Assembly: GCA_029006755.1 (NCBI GenBank)
Contig: JAQXGO010000060.1
Location: 1 to 58,546, forward strand
DNA length: 58,546 bases
Origin: Clostridia bacterium
Lineage (GTDB): Bacteria; Bacillota; Clostridia; UMGS1883; UMGS1540
Direction of reading: 5' to 3'
A program made the translations under genes and the position numbers. The notes below the pieces were generated by a model that saw only the letters and a list, made by a program, of their open reading frames with translations, was not told where the DNA came from and searched no databases. Every line of letters starts with the position of its first letter. The stretch's first letter is position 1. This document shows positions 46,428 to 57,372 of this stretch, piece after piece.

Positions 46428-47086
46428 AGTGCAAAGGCATCATTTTTGATTTAGACGGTACACTTTTAAATACTTTAAAGACCATCGCGTATTACTGCAA
46501 TGCTGCCTTGGAAAAGTATGGCATTGTCCCTTATGCAGAGGAAAAGTTTAAATATATGGTAGGGAACGGCGCAAAAAATCTGGTACATAGGATGTTAGAA
46601 GGTAGAAATATCAAGGATGAAGATACATTTCAAAAGGTATATACACACTATAATGATATATATAATAGCAACACAACTTATTTAACTGAGATTTATCCGG
46701 GTATTCCTGCACTTTTAGAAACGATTCGTGATGCCGGAATGAAAGCTGCAGTTTTGTCAAATAAACCGCAAGCAGCCACAGTGCCGATTATCAAATCCTT
46801 TTTTGGAGAAGATACTTTTGAAGCAGTTTATGGCGGCAGAGAGGGGGTTCCGCTAAAGCCAGACCCGACAGCGGCCTTAGCGATTGCAAAGGAACTGGAT
46901 GTTGAACCAAGTGCGTGCCTTTATGTTGGAGATACCTCTGTGGACATGCAAACAGGCAAGAATGCAGGGTTTTACACAATTGGCGTTTTATGGGGTTTCC
47001 GTACGCGGCAGGAATTAGAGGAAGCAAAGGCAGACATGATTGCTGAAAGTCCGGCAGATATTGAGAAACTTATAAGAGAGGCATAA
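46424..47086 (+). CDS. HAD-IA family hydrolase (phosphoglycolate phosphatase-like)
   Basis: IIFDLDGTLLNT motif I, SNK motif II and VGDTSVDMQTGKNAG motif III/IV. ATGA overlap with rsmE. Confidence 0.8.
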   Translation: MKCKGIIFDLDGTLLNTLKTIAYYCNAALEKYGIVPYAEEKFKYMVGNGAKNLVHRMLEGRNIKDEDTFQKVYTHYNDIYNSNTTYLTEIYPGIPALLETIRDAGMKAAVLSNKPQAATVPIIKSFFGEDTFEAVYGGREGVPLKPDPTAALAIAKELDVEPSACLYVGDTSVDMQTGKNAGFYTIGVLWGFRTRQELEEAKADMIAESPADIEKLIREA

Positions 47087-47111
47087 AGCCGAAAGGTTAG
47101 AGGTGAAATAC

Positions 47112-47804
47112 ATGCCCAAAATCGGAAATGACTGGGACGAAATCATTGGTGGCGAATTTAAGAAATCGTATTATACAGCATTGCGTTCTTTTTTAAAAGA
47201 AGAATATGCAACGCATACTGTATATCCGAACATGTACGATATATTTTCTGCCTTGTCTGCAACACCGTATCATCGTGTAAAGGTGGTCATATTGGGACAG
47301 GATCCCTATCACGGAGAGGGGCAGGCGCACGGCATGTGTTTTTCAGTGCGAGAGGGAGTCCCCATACCACCCTCCCTTATCAATATCTATAAAGAAATTG
47401 TAAGCGAATTGGGTGGTTTTATACCTGATAACGGCTATTTAATGCCATGGGCAGAGCAGGGCGTTTTGCTTTTAAATAATGTGCTTACAGTGCGAGGCGG
47501 CGTAGCAAATTCCCACAGCAAGAAAGGGTGGGAGCAGTTTACCGATGCGATTGTAGAAGCGTTGAATAAGCGTCCGGAACCGATGGTGTTCCTGCTTTGG
47601 GGTGCGAATGCGCGCGAAAAGGCGGCAAGGGTAGATATAGAAAAACATCTTTGTTTAACTGCGGCACATCCAAGTCCTCTTTCAGCTTACAATGGCTTTT
47701 TTGGATGTAATCATTTTAAATTGGCAAATGAATTTCTGATTCAACAGGTAAAAAGTCCAATTCAATGGCAAATTCCGAATTTAAAAGAGACCGACAAAGC
47801 ATGA
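47112..47804 (+). CDS. ung: Uracil-DNA glycosylase (family 1)
   Basis: VVILGQDPYHGEGQAHG water-activating loop and AAHPSPLSA. ATG 47112 lies 8 nt after AGAGG; the alternative GTG 47103 is less likely. Confidence 0.93.
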   Translation: MPKIGNDWDEIIGGEFKKSYYTALRSFLKEEYATHTVYPNMYDIFSALSATPYHRVKVVILGQDPYHGEGQAHGMCFSVREGVPIPPSLINIYKEIVSELGGFIPDNGYLMPWAEQGVLLLNNVLTVRGGVANSHSKKGWEQFTDAIVEALNKRPEPMVFLLWGANAREKAARVDIEKHLCLTAAHPSPLSAYNGFFGCNHFKLANEFLIQQVKSPIQWQIPNLKETDKA

Positions 47805-47826
47805 TGCTGTACTTGTCGGTTTTTTT
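47790..47826 (+). terminator. Rho-independent terminator overlapping the ung stop codon
   Basis: ACCGACAA (47790-47797) / TTGTCGGT (47813-47820), followed by TTTTTT (47821-47826). Confidence 0.8.
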
Positions 47827-47867
47827 GCTAAAAAGTGAAAAAAACGCCGATAACAAAAAATAGTTAT

Positions 47868-47896
47868 TTGACAAAATCATTTCATTGTAGTATAAT
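47868..47896 (+). promoter_or_regulatory. Consensus sigma-A promoter of the carD-ispD-ispF unit
   Basis: TTGACA (47868-47873), 17-nt spacer, TATAAT (47891-47896). Confidence 0.8.
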
Positions 47897-47985
47897 ATAT
47901 ACAAAGCTTTAAATAGCATGCATATACGATGCGGATTTTTAACTACAAGCAGAATGTCCAATGAAAAGGCAGGAGGCGTAAAGAG

Positions 47986-48468
47986 ATGTACAGCATCGGT
48001 GACAAGGTTGTTTATCCTATGTATGGTGCGGGAATTATCGAGGCGATTGAGGAACAAGAATTTCAAGGCGTGGTAAGTAAGTATTATGTGATGAAAATGC
48101 CTATGGGAGATATGAAAGTCATGATTCCTACACTGAACGCGGAGAGGATTGGCATACGCGATGTGATTGACGGCAACGAGGCGGATAAGGTTTTGGAAGA
48201 ATTTGCAAATGCCAGTGTAGAGTGTGATCTAAGCTGGAATAAACGGTATCGGGAGAACATGGTCAAAATTAAGGGCGGCAATATATACGAGGTCGCCAGG
48301 GTGGTTAAAATGCTTATGACAAGGGATAGAGAAAAGGGCCTTTCTACCGGTGAAAAAAAGATGTTATCCAGTGCCAAGCAGATTTTGGTAAGTGAGCTTG
48401 TGCTTGCAAAAAATGTTACGCAGAACGAGATTGAAAGTATTTTCGAAGCCGTTTTTACGGCGGAATAA
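47986..48468 (+). CDS. carD: CarD/CdnL-family RNA polymerase-binding transcription factor
   Basis: 160 aa. The N-terminus YSIGDKVVYPMYGAGIIEAIEEQ...YYVM is a TRCF-RID-like Tudor domain. Conserved carD-ispD-ispF neighbourhood. Confidence 0.88.
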   Translation: MYSIGDKVVYPMYGAGIIEAIEEQEFQGVVSKYYVMKMPMGDMKVMIPTLNAERIGIRDVIDGNEADKVLEEFANASVECDLSWNKRYRENMVKIKGGNIYEVARVVKMLMTRDREKGLSTGEKKMLSSAKQILVSELVLAKNVTQNEIESIFEAVFTAE

Positions 48469-48508
48469 AGGAGTGGCTTCCTTACCGCGGGGTAGCTGAA
48501 TAGAATAT

Positions 48509-49186
48509 ATGCAAAAAAAGATTACAGCGATTATTCCGGCAGCCGGAAAAGGAACAAGGATGGGTGCTGAAATCAATAAAGTTTTTTTAGAGGTTTTAGG
48601 GCATTCTGTTTTTGCATGGACACTTCGTGCTTTTGAGGATTGTACTGTAATTCATGAAATTGTTGTGGTAACCGGTGAAGAAGATATATTTCTATGCAGA
48701 GATATTATTGCAGAAGAAGGATTTACAAAAGTCCGCGCTGTGCTTCGTGGTGGAGCAACACGGGCGGCCTCTGTATATGCCGGTATTTCTGCCGCGGAGG
48801 ATGCAAGCATGGTTGTGATTCATGACGCGGCGCGTCCGCTTGTTACACCGGAGATTATCGAAAGAGTCGTACAAAGCGCGGAGGAGCATGGCGCAGCCAT
48901 TGTTGCCGTGCCGGTGGTCGATACAATTAAAGAAACAGAAAATGGATTTATTACAAAAACAGTCAAACGTGACAAACTATATGGGGCACAAACGCCGCAA
49001 GTTTTTGCTAGACAAACCATACTGCATGCAATAGAAAAATACGGAGAAGATATTACGGATGATGCATCTGCGGCAGAACAAGCAGGCATACCGGTAGCAA
49101 TTGTAGCCGGCAGCTATGAGAATATTAAAGTTACAACGCCTTTTGATATGGCAGTATGTGAAATGATATTGAGGCGAAGAGGATAA
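48509..49186 (+). CDS. ispD: 2-C-methyl-D-erythritol 4-phosphate cytidylyltransferase
   Basis: IIPAAGKGTRMG nucleotide-binding loop and VIHDAARP. Confidence 0.92.
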   Translation: MQKKITAIIPAAGKGTRMGAEINKVFLEVLGHSVFAWTLRAFEDCTVIHEIVVVTGEEDIFLCRDIIAEEGFTKVRAVLRGGATRAASVYAGISAAEDASMVVIHDAARPLVTPEIIERVVQSAEEHGAAIVAVPVVDTIKETENGFITKTVKRDKLYGAQTPQVFARQTILHAIEKYGEDITDDASAAEQAGIPVAIVAGSYENIKVTTPFDMAVCEMILRRRG

Positions 49187-49190
49187 ATAG

Positions 49191-49664
49191 ATGAGGATTG
49201 GACATGGATATGATGCGCATCGGCTTGTTGCAGGTCGTGCACTTTATATAGGCGGTATCGAAATACCGCATGAAAAAGGGCTCCTCGGGCATTCGGATGC
49301 AGATGTATTGCTGCATGCTTTAATGGATGCCATACTCGGCGCCGCTGCATTAGGGGACATTGGCACGCATTTTCCACCATCTGATATGAATTATAAAGGC
49401 ATTCGGAGCACACGTCTTTTGAAACGTGTTATGGAACTGATCGGAGAAAAAGGATATAAGATTTGCAATGTTGATATGACAGTGATTGCTCAAAAGCCGA
49501 AACTTTCTCCCTATATAGAGTCGATGCGGCAGTGTATTGCTGAGCACTTACAGGTCGGATTGGATGCAGTGAGCGTGAAGGCTACAACAACAGAAGGCAT
49601 GGGATTTACCGGAAGAGAAGAAGGCATCGCTGCTGTTGCGGTTTGTCTTTTAGACCAAAAATAG
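49191..49664 (+). CDS. ispF: 2-C-methyl-D-erythritol 2,4-cyclodiphosphate synthase
   Basis: [23 protein letters not shown] and [12 protein letters not shown] motifs. Confidence 0.95.
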   Translation: MRIGHGYDAHRLVAGRALYIGGIEIPHEKGLLGHSDADVLLHALMDAILGAAALGDIGTHFPPSDMNYKGIRSTRLLKRVMELIGEKGYKICNVDMTVIAQKPKLSPYIESMRQCIAEHLQVGLDAVSVKATTTEGMGFTGREEGIAAVAVCLLDQK

Positions 49665-49678
49665 TAGGAGGATAGAAA

Positions 49679-51034
49679 ATGACGCAATTATCTTGTCGTT
49701 ACACAGAAGGATTTGTCAATCCAAATGAGGTAGAGGCTTTATGGTCGCAGGCACAAGTTGCCCATAAGCTTTTGCATGAAAAGACCGGGCTTGGGAATGA
49801 CTATACCGGTTGGGTGGATTGGCCGACTTGTTATGATAAAGATGAATTTGCAAGAATACAAGCTGTAGCAAATAAGATTCGCGAAACAGCAGATGTGTTG
49901 ATTGTAATTGGTATTGGCGGGTCATATTTAGGCGCAAAAGCTGCGATTGATATGCTGGCCGGTACGTTTTATAATGCAAAATCAAGAGAGATGCGAAACG
50001 GTCCGCAGATTTATTTTGCAGGGAATAGTATCAGTGCTTCCTATTTGCAGGAATTAAAAACGCTGGTCACTGATGCATCTGTAGCCGTAAACGTCATTTC
50101 AAAATCCGGCACAACGACGGAACCTGCAATTGCATTTCGTGTTTTTAAAGAATTATTAGAAAAAAAATATGGAAAAGAAGGCGCAAAAGAACGAATTTTT
50201 GTCACGACTGATAAGGCAAGAGGTGCTTTATACAGCATGGCGGCAGAAGAAGGATATGAACGCTTCGTCATTCCGGACGATATTGGCGGACGATATTCCG
50301 TATTAACCCCTGTCGGCCTTTTGCCGATTGCTGTTGCCGGTATTCCGATTGATGCCATCATGGCAGGCGCACAGGCGGCTATGGAAGAATACAGCGTTCT
50401 TGACCTTGCAAAAAATGATTGCTATCGCTACGCAATTATGCGAAATGCCTTATATCGGAAAGGCAAGAATATTGAAATCCTTGTGAATTATGAAGGTGCA
50501 CTGCATTACGTGGCTGAGTGGTGGAAGCAGCTTTATGGAGAAAGCGAAGGCAAGGACCAAAAGGGCATTTTCCCGGCAGCGGTTGATTTCTCAACAGATT
50601 TGCACTCTATGGGGCAGTATATTCAGGATGGACTTCGTTGCATATTTGAAACGGTTCTGCATGTTAAGAATACACTGCTGGATATCCAAATTCCCGATAC
50701 CGGAGATAATCTGGACGGTCTTAGCTTCTTAGCCGGCAAGAGCGTTGATTATGTCAATAAAAAGGCTTTTTTGGGTACACTTTTGGCACATAATGATGGC
50801 GGCGTGCCCAATATGGTCATTGAAATTGACAAGATGGATGCGTATAGTTTTGGTCACATGGTCTATTTCTTTGAAAAGGCCTGCGGCATCAGCGGATATA
50901 TTTTAGGTGTTAACCCGTTTAACCAACCGGGCGTAGAGGCATACAAAAAGAATATGTTTGCACTTTTGGGCAAACCCGGATACGAGAAAGAAAAAGAGGC
51001 ATTACAGCAGCGTCTGTGTGCAGATGAGGCTTAG
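49679..51034 (+). CDS. pgi: Glucose-6-phosphate isomerase
   Basis: 451 aa, short Firmicute type, with [19 protein letters not shown] and [11 protein letters not shown]-domain motifs. Confidence 0.93.
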   Translation: MTQLSCRYTEGFVNPNEVEALWSQAQVAHKLLHEKTGLGNDYTGWVDWPTCYDKDEFARIQAVANKIRETADVLIVIGIGGSYLGAKAAIDMLAGTFYNAKSREMRNGPQIYFAGNSISASYLQELKTLVTDASVAVNVISKSGTTTEPAIAFRVFKELLEKKYGKEGAKERIFVTTDKARGALYSMAAEEGYERFVIPDDIGGRYSVLTPVGLLPIAVAGIPIDAIMAGAQAAMEEYSVLDLAKNDCYRYAIMRNALYRKGKNIEILVNYEGALHYVAEWWKQLYGESEGKDQKGIFPAAVDFSTDLHSMGQYIQDGLRCIFETVLHVKNTLLDIQIPDTGDNLDGLSFLAGKSVDYVNKKAFLGTLLAHNDGGVPNMVIEIDKMDAYSFGHMVYFFEKACGISGYILGVNPFNQPGVEAYKKNMFALLGKPGYEKEKEALQQRLCADEA

Positions 51035-51073
51035 GAATAGGCTAAATTGACAAATAAGAAAGGTGGAAACTAA

Positions 51074-51481
51074 ATGGTAAAGGTGATTTTAGGGGAAAAA
51101 GGCACAGGTAAGACAAAGGCGTTACTGGACAGAGTACATGAAGCAGTCGTGAGCGAAAAAGGCTCAGTCGTATTTATTAATAATGGAAATCGGCACATCT
51201 ATGACGTAAGTCATAAAATTCGTTTGGTAGACACTGCAGAGTATGACATGCATTCTTTTGAATGTTTTTATGGTTTGCTTTGTGGTATTGTAGCACAGAA
51301 TTATGATGTTTCTTATATTTTTATTGACGGTCTTTTGAAAATTGCAAAAGGTTCTGCTGAGGAAATGGAAGTATTCCTCGACAAAGCAAATGCTCTTTGC
51401 GAAAAGTTCAATATTCAGATGGCAATTTCAATCAGCATTGATCCTGCAAAGGTAAGTGACAAGGTAAAAGCATACGCATAA
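51074..51481 (+). CDS. Hypothetical 135-aa mini P-loop protein
   Basis: Walker A-like GEKGTGKT at residues 7-14 and a hydrophobic strand plus Asp (SYIFIDGLL), which is Walker B-like. AAAGGTGGA RBS. Sits between pgi and thrC with 39-nt and 19-nt gaps. Confidence 0.6.
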   Translation: MVKVILGEKGTGKTKALLDRVHEAVVSEKGSVVFINNGNRHIYDVSHKIRLVDTAEYDMHSFECFYGLLCGIVAQNYDVSYIFIDGLLKIAKGSAEEMEVFLDKANALCEKFNIQMAISISIDPAKVSDKVKAYA

Positions 51482-51500
51482 TCGTGAAAGGATTTTATAT

Positions 51501-52976
51501 ATGAAGTATCAGAGTACACGGGGCGGTAGCATCGTCTCAGCATCCCAAGCAATCGTAAAGGGACTTGCACCGGACGGTGGGCTTTATGTGCCGGCATCCA
51601 TTCCGGTAATTGATGATCTTATGGCACTTTGCAATCTGTCTTATCAAGAAAGAGCGGTTCAGGTTCTTTCTCGGTTTTTAACAGATTTTACTGCCGAAGA
51701 AGTCAAGAAGTGTGTGCAGTCAGCATACACCGCAGAAAAGTTTGGTTCGGAGGCAATCGCCCCTCTCCATAAGCTGGATGATTATGCACAGGTGCTAGAA
51801 CTTTGGCATGGCCCCACCTGCGCGTTTAAAGACATGGCGTTGCAGATTTTGCCGCATCTTTTAATAACTTCTATGCGGAAAAATGGGATTACAGAGGAAG
51901 TGACGATTCTTGTTGCGACCAGTGGCGATACCGGTAAGGCAGCACTGGAAGGCTTTAAAGATGTTACCGGCACACGCATTATTGTTTTTTTCCCGGAAAA
52001 TGGCGTTAGCCGGATGCAACGCTTGCAAATGGTGACGCAGGAAGGAAAGAATGTCGGCGTTGCAGCTGTGCGTGGGAACTTTGATGATGCACAAAACGGT
52101 GTAAAGTCCATTTTTACGGATGACAGTTTCAATCGGGAACTGAAAGAAAGAGGCTATGTGCTTTCTTCTGCAAATTCTATCAATTGGGGGCGTCTTGTAC
52201 CCCAAATTGTGTATTACCTTTCCGCATGGGCAACTATGGTAAAAAATGGCGAGATTACACCGGATGAAAAAATCAATGTGACTGTTCCTACCGGCAATTT
52301 TGGAAACATTCTCGCAGCTTATTATGCGGGTAAAATGGGTATGCCGCTTGGTAAATTGATTTGTGCCTCCAATGCAAACGATGTGCTGACCGATTTTATT
52401 CACACAGGCGAGTATAACCGAAACCGCGCATTTCATTTAACCATGTCGCCTTCTATGGATATTTTGATTTCCAGTAATTTGGAAAGATTCCTGTACGACA
52501 TGGAAGGACAGGATGCAGAGAGTGTTTCTGCATATATGCAAAGCCTTAAGGAAAGCGGCAAGTATCAGATTAGGCAAGAAACCTTTGTAAAAATGCAGGA
52601 TTGCTTGTGGGCCGGAAGCTGCGATGATACAGAAACACTCGCGGTGATTCGTGACACAAAGGATAAGTATGGATATGTAGTGGATACGCATACGGCGGTC
52701 GCTCTCGGAGTTTATGAGAAGTACAAGAAGGTAACTGGAGATACAAGTAAGACAGTTATTGCATCCACTGCCAGTCCCTATAAATTCGGAAAGAGTGTCC
52801 TTGCAGCTCTCGGCGGAAATACCGAGACAGATGATTTTTCCATGCTGCAGGAGATAAAAGAAAAGAGTGGTTTTGCAATTCCGGTATCCTTGTGGGAACT
52901 GCAGAACAAAGAAGAAAGATTTAAGACAGTATGCGCACCGGACGAAATGCGCGAAGCTGTTCGGAAAATGCTGTAA
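51501..52976 (+). CDS. thrC: Threonine synthase (long form)
   Basis: 491 aa with the PLP-lysine motif HGPTCAFKDMALQ and TSGDTG. Confidence 0.93.
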   Translation: MKYQSTRGGSIVSASQAIVKGLAPDGGLYVPASIPVIDDLMALCNLSYQERAVQVLSRFLTDFTAEEVKKCVQSAYTAEKFGSEAIAPLHKLDDYAQVLELWHGPTCAFKDMALQILPHLLITSMRKNGITEEVTILVATSGDTGKAALEGFKDVTGTRIIVFFPENGVSRMQRLQMVTQEGKNVGVAAVRGNFDDAQNGVKSIFTDDSFNRELKERGYVLSSANSINWGRLVPQIVYYLSAWATMVKNGEITPDEKINVTVPTGNFGNILAAYYAGKMGMPLGKLICASNANDVLTDFIHTGEYNRNRAFHLTMSPSMDILISSNLERFLYDMEGQDAESVSAYMQSLKESGKYQIRQETFVKMQDCLWAGSCDDTETLAVIRDTKDKYGYVVDTHTAVALGVYEKYKKVTGDTSKTVIASTASPYKFGKSVLAALGGNTETDDFSMLQEIKEKSGFAIPVSLWELQNKEERFKTVCAPDEMREAVRKML

Positions 52977-52981
52977 AATTC

Positions 52982-53012
52982 GCCGCCCACAGCGTATTTG
53001 GCTATGGGCGGC
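52982..53012. terminator. Hairpin between the convergent thrC and DUF1540 genes
   Basis: GCCGCCCA (52982-52989) / TGGGCGGC (53005-53012), an 8-bp GC-rich stem with a 15-nt loop. Only weak T-rich flanks, so this is possibly a bidirectional terminator. Confidence 0.45.
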
Positions 53013-53024
53013 ATGCTGTTTCAA

Positions 53025-53201
53025 TTAGTAGTCTTCCCGTTCAATGAAAGTGGCGCAGTCTGTGCCCTCGTGGCCGGTTGCACCTCTTGGTGTTACCTCA
53101 ATGGATTCAGCCGTACACTTTCCATCACAGGTATTGAAGCAGCAGCAGTCTACACCGCACTTAACGTTGCGCAGGGTTCCGCGAGAATTTGATTTATCCA
53201 T
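53025..53201 (-). CDS. DUF1540-like small cysteine-rich protein
   Basis: 58 aa. VKCGVDCCCFNTCDGKCTAESIEV...GTDCATF fits the DUF1540 Cys pattern as I recall it. GGAGG RBS 5 nt before ATG 53201. Confidence 0.6.
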   Translation of the reverse strand: MDKSNSRGTLRNVKCGVDCCCFNTCDGKCTAESIEVTPRGATGHEGTDCATFIEREDY

Positions 53202-53294
53202 TAGAACCTCCAAATTTATTTCATTGGGCGCTGTGCGCCTCTCGTGGATATAGCATACGCAGTTTTTAATATTTTATTCTAAGGAGCTTTTAAT

Positions 53295-53984
53295 ATGGCT
53301 TTATTTGCCATTTCGGATTTGCACCTGCCTATCGGTATTGATAAACCAATGGATGTTTTTGGTGCCGGATGGGAAAATTATGTTGCACGCATTGCAGACG
53401 GATGGAAGAAAATGGTTCGGGATTCAGACACTGTATTAGTCAACGGAGATGTTTCTTGGGCGACATATTTGGAAGAAGCATTGCCTGATTTGCAGTTTAT
53501 TGAGTCATTACCAGGTAAAAAGCTGATTTCAAAGGGTAATCATGATTATTGGTGGACAACCCTCTCAAAATTGCAAGCATTCACTGCGGAGCATCACTTG
53601 GATTCGATCACTTTCATGCATAACAACAGTGTGCTATGTGAGGGATATGCAATATGTACTTGTCGTGGCTGGCGTTCACCATTTGAACGTGGTTTTTCGG
53701 CTGAGGATGAGAAGATTTATGCGCGTGAAATGGCGCGTTTGACACTATCTTTGAAAGAAGGTGAAAAGCTTTCTGAAAAGCGGATTGTTATGATGCATTA
53801 TCCGCCGGAAGTTGGTTTTTCAGATATTTTAGATGCATATAACGTGCAGTATTGCCTTTATGGGCATTTGCACGGCAAAGCAGCGTGGGATCGATTTCCG
53901 CAAAGCGATCGGGATATTTTAGTCTCGGCGGACTATTTGTTTTTTACGCCGCGATATATTGCAGGGGACAGAGAGAACCTGTAG
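53295..53984 (+). CDS. Metallophosphoesterase family protein
   Basis: ISDLHL (motif I), NGDVSW (motif II), GNHDYWW (motif III) and YGHLHG. AAGGAG RBS. Confidence 0.82.
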   Translation: MALFAISDLHLPIGIDKPMDVFGAGWENYVARIADGWKKMVRDSDTVLVNGDVSWATYLEEALPDLQFIESLPGKKLISKGNHDYWWTTLSKLQAFTAEHHLDSITFMHNNSVLCEGYAICTCRGWRSPFERGFSAEDEKIYAREMARLTLSLKEGEKLSEKRIVMMHYPPEVGFSDILDAYNVQYCLYGHLHGKAAWDRFPQSDRDILVSADYLFFTPRYIAGDRENL

Positions 53985-54011
53985 GGAAAAATAATAGAAG
54001 GAAGTGATAGT

Positions 54012-54299
54012 ATGGCAATCGAAATCAAAGAAATTGAACATTTAGCAGATCTTGCACGTCTTGCGCTATCAGAAAAAGAGAAGGAGCAGCTTTCGCGGGA
54101 AGTGGGGCAGATGATTGAATTTGCAGACAAGTTGTCTACCTTAGATACGACAGACACAGATCCGACAATGTTTGCAGCCAATGTTTATAATGTCTTTCGC
54201 GAGGATGAAGCAATGCCATCCTTACCTACGGCGGCAATTTTACAAAATGCCCCATCGGCGGATATGGAATGCTTTGTAGTACCTAAGACCGTTGAATAG
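54012..54299 (+). CDS. gatC: Asp/Glu-tRNA amidotransferase subunit C
   Basis: 95 aa. [20 protein letters not shown] is the typical GatC N-terminus. gatCAB order. Confidence 0.9.
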   Translation: MAIEIKEIEHLADLARLALSEKEKEQLSREVGQMIEFADKLSTLDTTDTDPTMFAANVYNVFREDEAMPSLPTAAILQNAPSADMECFVVPKTVE

Positions 54300-54312
54300 A
54301 AAGGATGAGTTC

Positions 54313-55779
54313 ATGCATTCACTTTGCAAAATGACGGCGCATGCGTTGTCTGAAAAATTAAAAAATAAAGAGATTTCTGCGCTGGAGCTTACCAAGGCAC
54401 AGCTTGCAATTATAAAAGAAAAGGAACCGGAAATCGAAAGCTATATTACGGTTACAGAAGATACAGCACTCGAAAAGGCGGCTGAAGTGGATAAAAAACT
54501 TGCAGCAGGCGAGAGCGTTTCTCCTCTTGCCGGCATACCCATGGGGATAAAGGATAATATCTCAACAAAAGGCATTTTGACAACTTGTGCATCGAAAATG
54601 CTTTACAACTACGTGCCGCCATTTAATGCCACGGTTGCAGAAAAATTGGATGCGGCGGATAGCGTTATGGTTGGAAAGCTCAATATGGACGAATTTGCCA
54701 TGGGTTCTTCTACGGAGAATTCATATTTTAAAAAGACAAAGAATCCGCGAAATACTGCGTGTGTACCGGGAGGTTCCTCCGGCGGTGCTGCCGCCGCTGT
54801 TGCAGCAGATGAAGCCGTATTTACATTGGGATCAGATACAGGCGGTTCTATCAGACAGCCTGCATCGCTTTGCGGTGTTGTGGGGATGAAGCCAACTTAT
54901 GGACTGGTTTCCCGCTATGGTCTTGTTGCATTTGCTTCCTCTCTTGATCAAATTGGGCCGCTGACAAAGGATGTAACAGATTGCGCAATGGTTCTGCAGG
55001 AAATCGCAGGTTGGGATAAAAAAGACTCCACCTCCTTACCGGCAGAAAAACTTTCGTATATAAGCGCGCTAACCGGCGAGTGTAAGGGAATGCGCATCGG
55101 ACTCCCACGCGAATATTTTGGGGAAGGCCTTGACCCCAATGTTCGTGAGGCAACACTTCGCGCTGCCGGCGCATACGAAAAAATGGGTGCAGAAATCGTA
55201 GATTGTTCATTGCCGATGCTTGCATATGCACTGGAAACCTATTATTTAATTTCCTCCGCAGAAGCCAGCTCTAACTTAGCGAGATATGATGGCGTTCGGT
55301 ACGGCTATCGTGCAGAAAACTGCAAGGATTTGGACGAACTTTTTCTGCGTACACGCAGCGAGGGATTTGGAACAGAAGTAAAACGCAGAATTATGTTAGG
55401 CACGTTCGTTTTAAGTAGCGGTTACTACGATGCGTATTATAAAAAGGCTTTAAAGACAAGAACGTTGATTCGGCAAGATTTTTCTAACGTGTTCAAAAAG
55501 TGTGACTGTATTTTAACACCTACATCACCGGTTACCGCATGGAAGTTTGGGGAAAAGTCAGAAAATCCGTTGCAAATGTATTTAGCAGATCTTTATACTG
55601 TTTCTGTCAATATTGCCGGGCTTCCGGCACTTAGTATGCCTTACGGAACAGATGACGGCGGTTTGCCGATTGGCGTGCAGCTGATTGGAAATACATTGTG
55701 TGAGAATACAGTGCTTCGTGCCGCATACGCTTTAGAACAAGACACAAGTACTGGGAAAACGGAGGTGACAGCAAGATGA
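54313..55779 (+). CDS. gatA: Asp/Glu-tRNA amidotransferase subunit A
   Basis: Amidase signature [13 protein letters not shown]...[15 protein letters not shown] 54313 lies 7 nt after AGGA and after the gatC stop. Confidence 0.93.
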   Translation: MHSLCKMTAHALSEKLKNKEISALELTKAQLAIIKEKEPEIESYITVTEDTALEKAAEVDKKLAAGESVSPLAGIPMGIKDNISTKGILTTCASKMLYNYVPPFNATVAEKLDAADSVMVGKLNMDEFAMGSSTENSYFKKTKNPRNTACVPGGSSGGAAAAVAADEAVFTLGSDTGGSIRQPASLCGVVGMKPTYGLVSRYGLVAFASSLDQIGPLTKDVTDCAMVLQEIAGWDKKDSTSLPAEKLSYISALTGECKGMRIGLPREYFGEGLDPNVREATLRAAGAYEKMGAEIVDCSLPMLAYALETYYLISSAEASSNLARYDGVRYGYRAENCKDLDELFLRTRSEGFGTEVKRRIMLGTFVLSSGYYDAYYKKALKTRTLIRQDFSNVFKKCDCILTPTSPVTAWKFGEKSENPLQMYLADLYTVSVNIAGLPALSMPYGTDDGGLPIGVQLIGNTLCENTVLRAAYALEQDTSTGKTEVTAR

Positions 55780-57212
55780 AATATGAAACCGTAATCGGGT
55801 TGGAAGTTCACGCAGAACTTGCAACAGAAACAAAAATATACTGTAGCTGTGCGAATCAGTTCGGCGGTGACACGAACACACGTTGCTGTCCGGTTTGCGT
55901 TGGGCTCCCTGGATCATTACCGGTTTTGAATGCACGCGTTGTCGAGTACGCAATCTTAGCAGGGCTTGCAATGCATTGCAATATTGCTGAACAGTGTAAG
56001 CAAGACAGAAAGAATTATTTTTATCCGGATTTGCCGAAGGCGTATCAGATTTCGCAGTTCGATATTCCGCTTTGCGCAGATGGCTATGTTGAAATTGACA
56101 TCGATGAGGCAACAAAAAGGATAGGCATTACTCGTATTCATATTGAGGAAGACGCAGGCAAGCTTCTGCATGCAGAGGGTGGAAATTTTTCATTGGTAGA
56201 CTATAATCGTGGCGGTGTCCCGCTCATTGAAATTGTCAGTGAACCGGATATGCGTTCACCCGAAGAAGCGGCCGCTTATCTTGAAACCATTAAATCAATT
56301 TTGCAGGCCATTGGGGTTTCGGATTGTAAGATGCAGGAAGGTTCCTTGCGTTGTGATATCAATGTGTCTGTTCGTCCTGAGGGACAAAAGGAGTTTGGCG
56401 TTCGCAGTGAATGTAAAAATGTAAACTCCTTCCGTGCTGCAGTGCGCGCTATCCGTTATGAAAGAGATAGACAGATTGCAGTTTTAGAAGCTGGTGGTGT
56501 GGTGGAGCAAGAAACACGCCGTTGGGATGATGCAAAGGGCGAAAGCTATGTCATGCGGTCCAAAGAGGAGGCACACGATTATCGGTATTTTCCGGAACCG
56601 GATCTCATGCCTATTCATGTGGATGCTGCATGGGTAGAGAGATTGCGGAAAACACTACCAGAATTGCCACAAGAAAAGAAGAGAAGATATAAAAGTGACT
56701 TTGATTTGCCGGATTATGATGCAGGCCTTTTGGGTGCATCTGTTGGTCTTGCCACAATATTTGAAGCAACTGTTACTGAAGGCGCAAAACCGAAGTTGGT
56801 ATCCAATTGGCTGTTGGGTGATATAAGCAAGATATTGAACGAGAAGGGGATAGAGGCTACGGAGATTCCCTTTGACGGCAAAGCACTCTTTGAGCTGCTT
56901 GCATTCATAGAAAATGGAACAATCACCGGCACAATTGCAAAGCAGGTGTTGCCGAAAATGTTTGATGAAGGTAAATCTGCAAAACAAATTGTGGAAGAAG
57001 AGGGACTTGCGCAAATCAATGATGAAGGCGCAATTGCTTCCCTAATTCAGGAGGTTCTTGCCGCAAACGAAGCTGCTGTTCAAGATTTTCGTTCCGGTAA
57101 AGACAGAGCTATAGGATTTTTAACAGGGCAAGTTATGCGTGCTTCTAAAGGCAAGGCAAATCCCGGCGTCATTCAGGCAAAGCTGAGAGAAGCGTTAGAT
57201 GCAGTAAAGTAG
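55776..57212 (+). CDS. gatB: Asp/Glu-tRNA amidotransferase subunit B
   Basis: 478 aa. [17 protein letters not shown]..., CPVCVGLPG, and a C-terminal YqeY-like tail. ATGA overlap with gatA. Confidence 0.95.
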   Translation: MKYETVIGLEVHAELATETKIYCSCANQFGGDTNTRCCPVCVGLPGSLPVLNARVVEYAILAGLAMHCNIAEQCKQDRKNYFYPDLPKAYQISQFDIPLCADGYVEIDIDEATKRIGITRIHIEEDAGKLLHAEGGNFSLVDYNRGGVPLIEIVSEPDMRSPEEAAAYLETIKSILQAIGVSDCKMQEGSLRCDINVSVRPEGQKEFGVRSECKNVNSFRAAVRAIRYERDRQIAVLEAGGVVEQETRRWDDAKGESYVMRSKEEAHDYRYFPEPDLMPIHVDAAWVERLRKTLPELPQEKKRRYKSDFDLPDYDAGLLGASVGLATIFEATVTEGAKPKLVSNWLLGDISKILNEKGIEATEIPFDGKALFELLAFIENGTITGTIAKQVLPKMFDEGKSAKQIVEEEGLAQINDEGAIASLIQEVLAANEAAVQDFRSGKDRAIGFLTGQVMRASKGKANPGVIQAKLREALDAVK

Positions 57213-57298
57213 GCAGAATGCGCCTATATACAACATGTACTTAAAAATATTGTTAGAATAAGTATTTTTCACAAAATGCGAAAAGATGGAAAACAGTA

Positions 57299-57372
57299 TT
57301 GTTTTTTATAAAAATATGTGATAAAATACCGAATGTCATTTTTGACAAAACACAAAGGCAAAATGATATAGC
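57299..57372 (+). promoter_or_regulatory. AT-rich region with two candidate sigma-A promoters for the guaA-like gene
   Basis: TTGTTT (57299-57304)-N17-TAAAAT (57322-57327) with a TGa extended -10, and TTGACA (57342-57347) followed by TGaTATAGC (57364-57372) at a long 19-nt spacing. Confidence 0.35.

Noticed and set aside
53044-53253. Plus-strand ORFs 52998-53192 and 53044-53253 in the thrC/metallophosphoesterase spacer.
   Set aside because: They are antisense to the minus-strand Cys-rich ORF, which has a GGAGG RBS and a family-like Cys pattern. The plus-strand translations have no RBS or motif.
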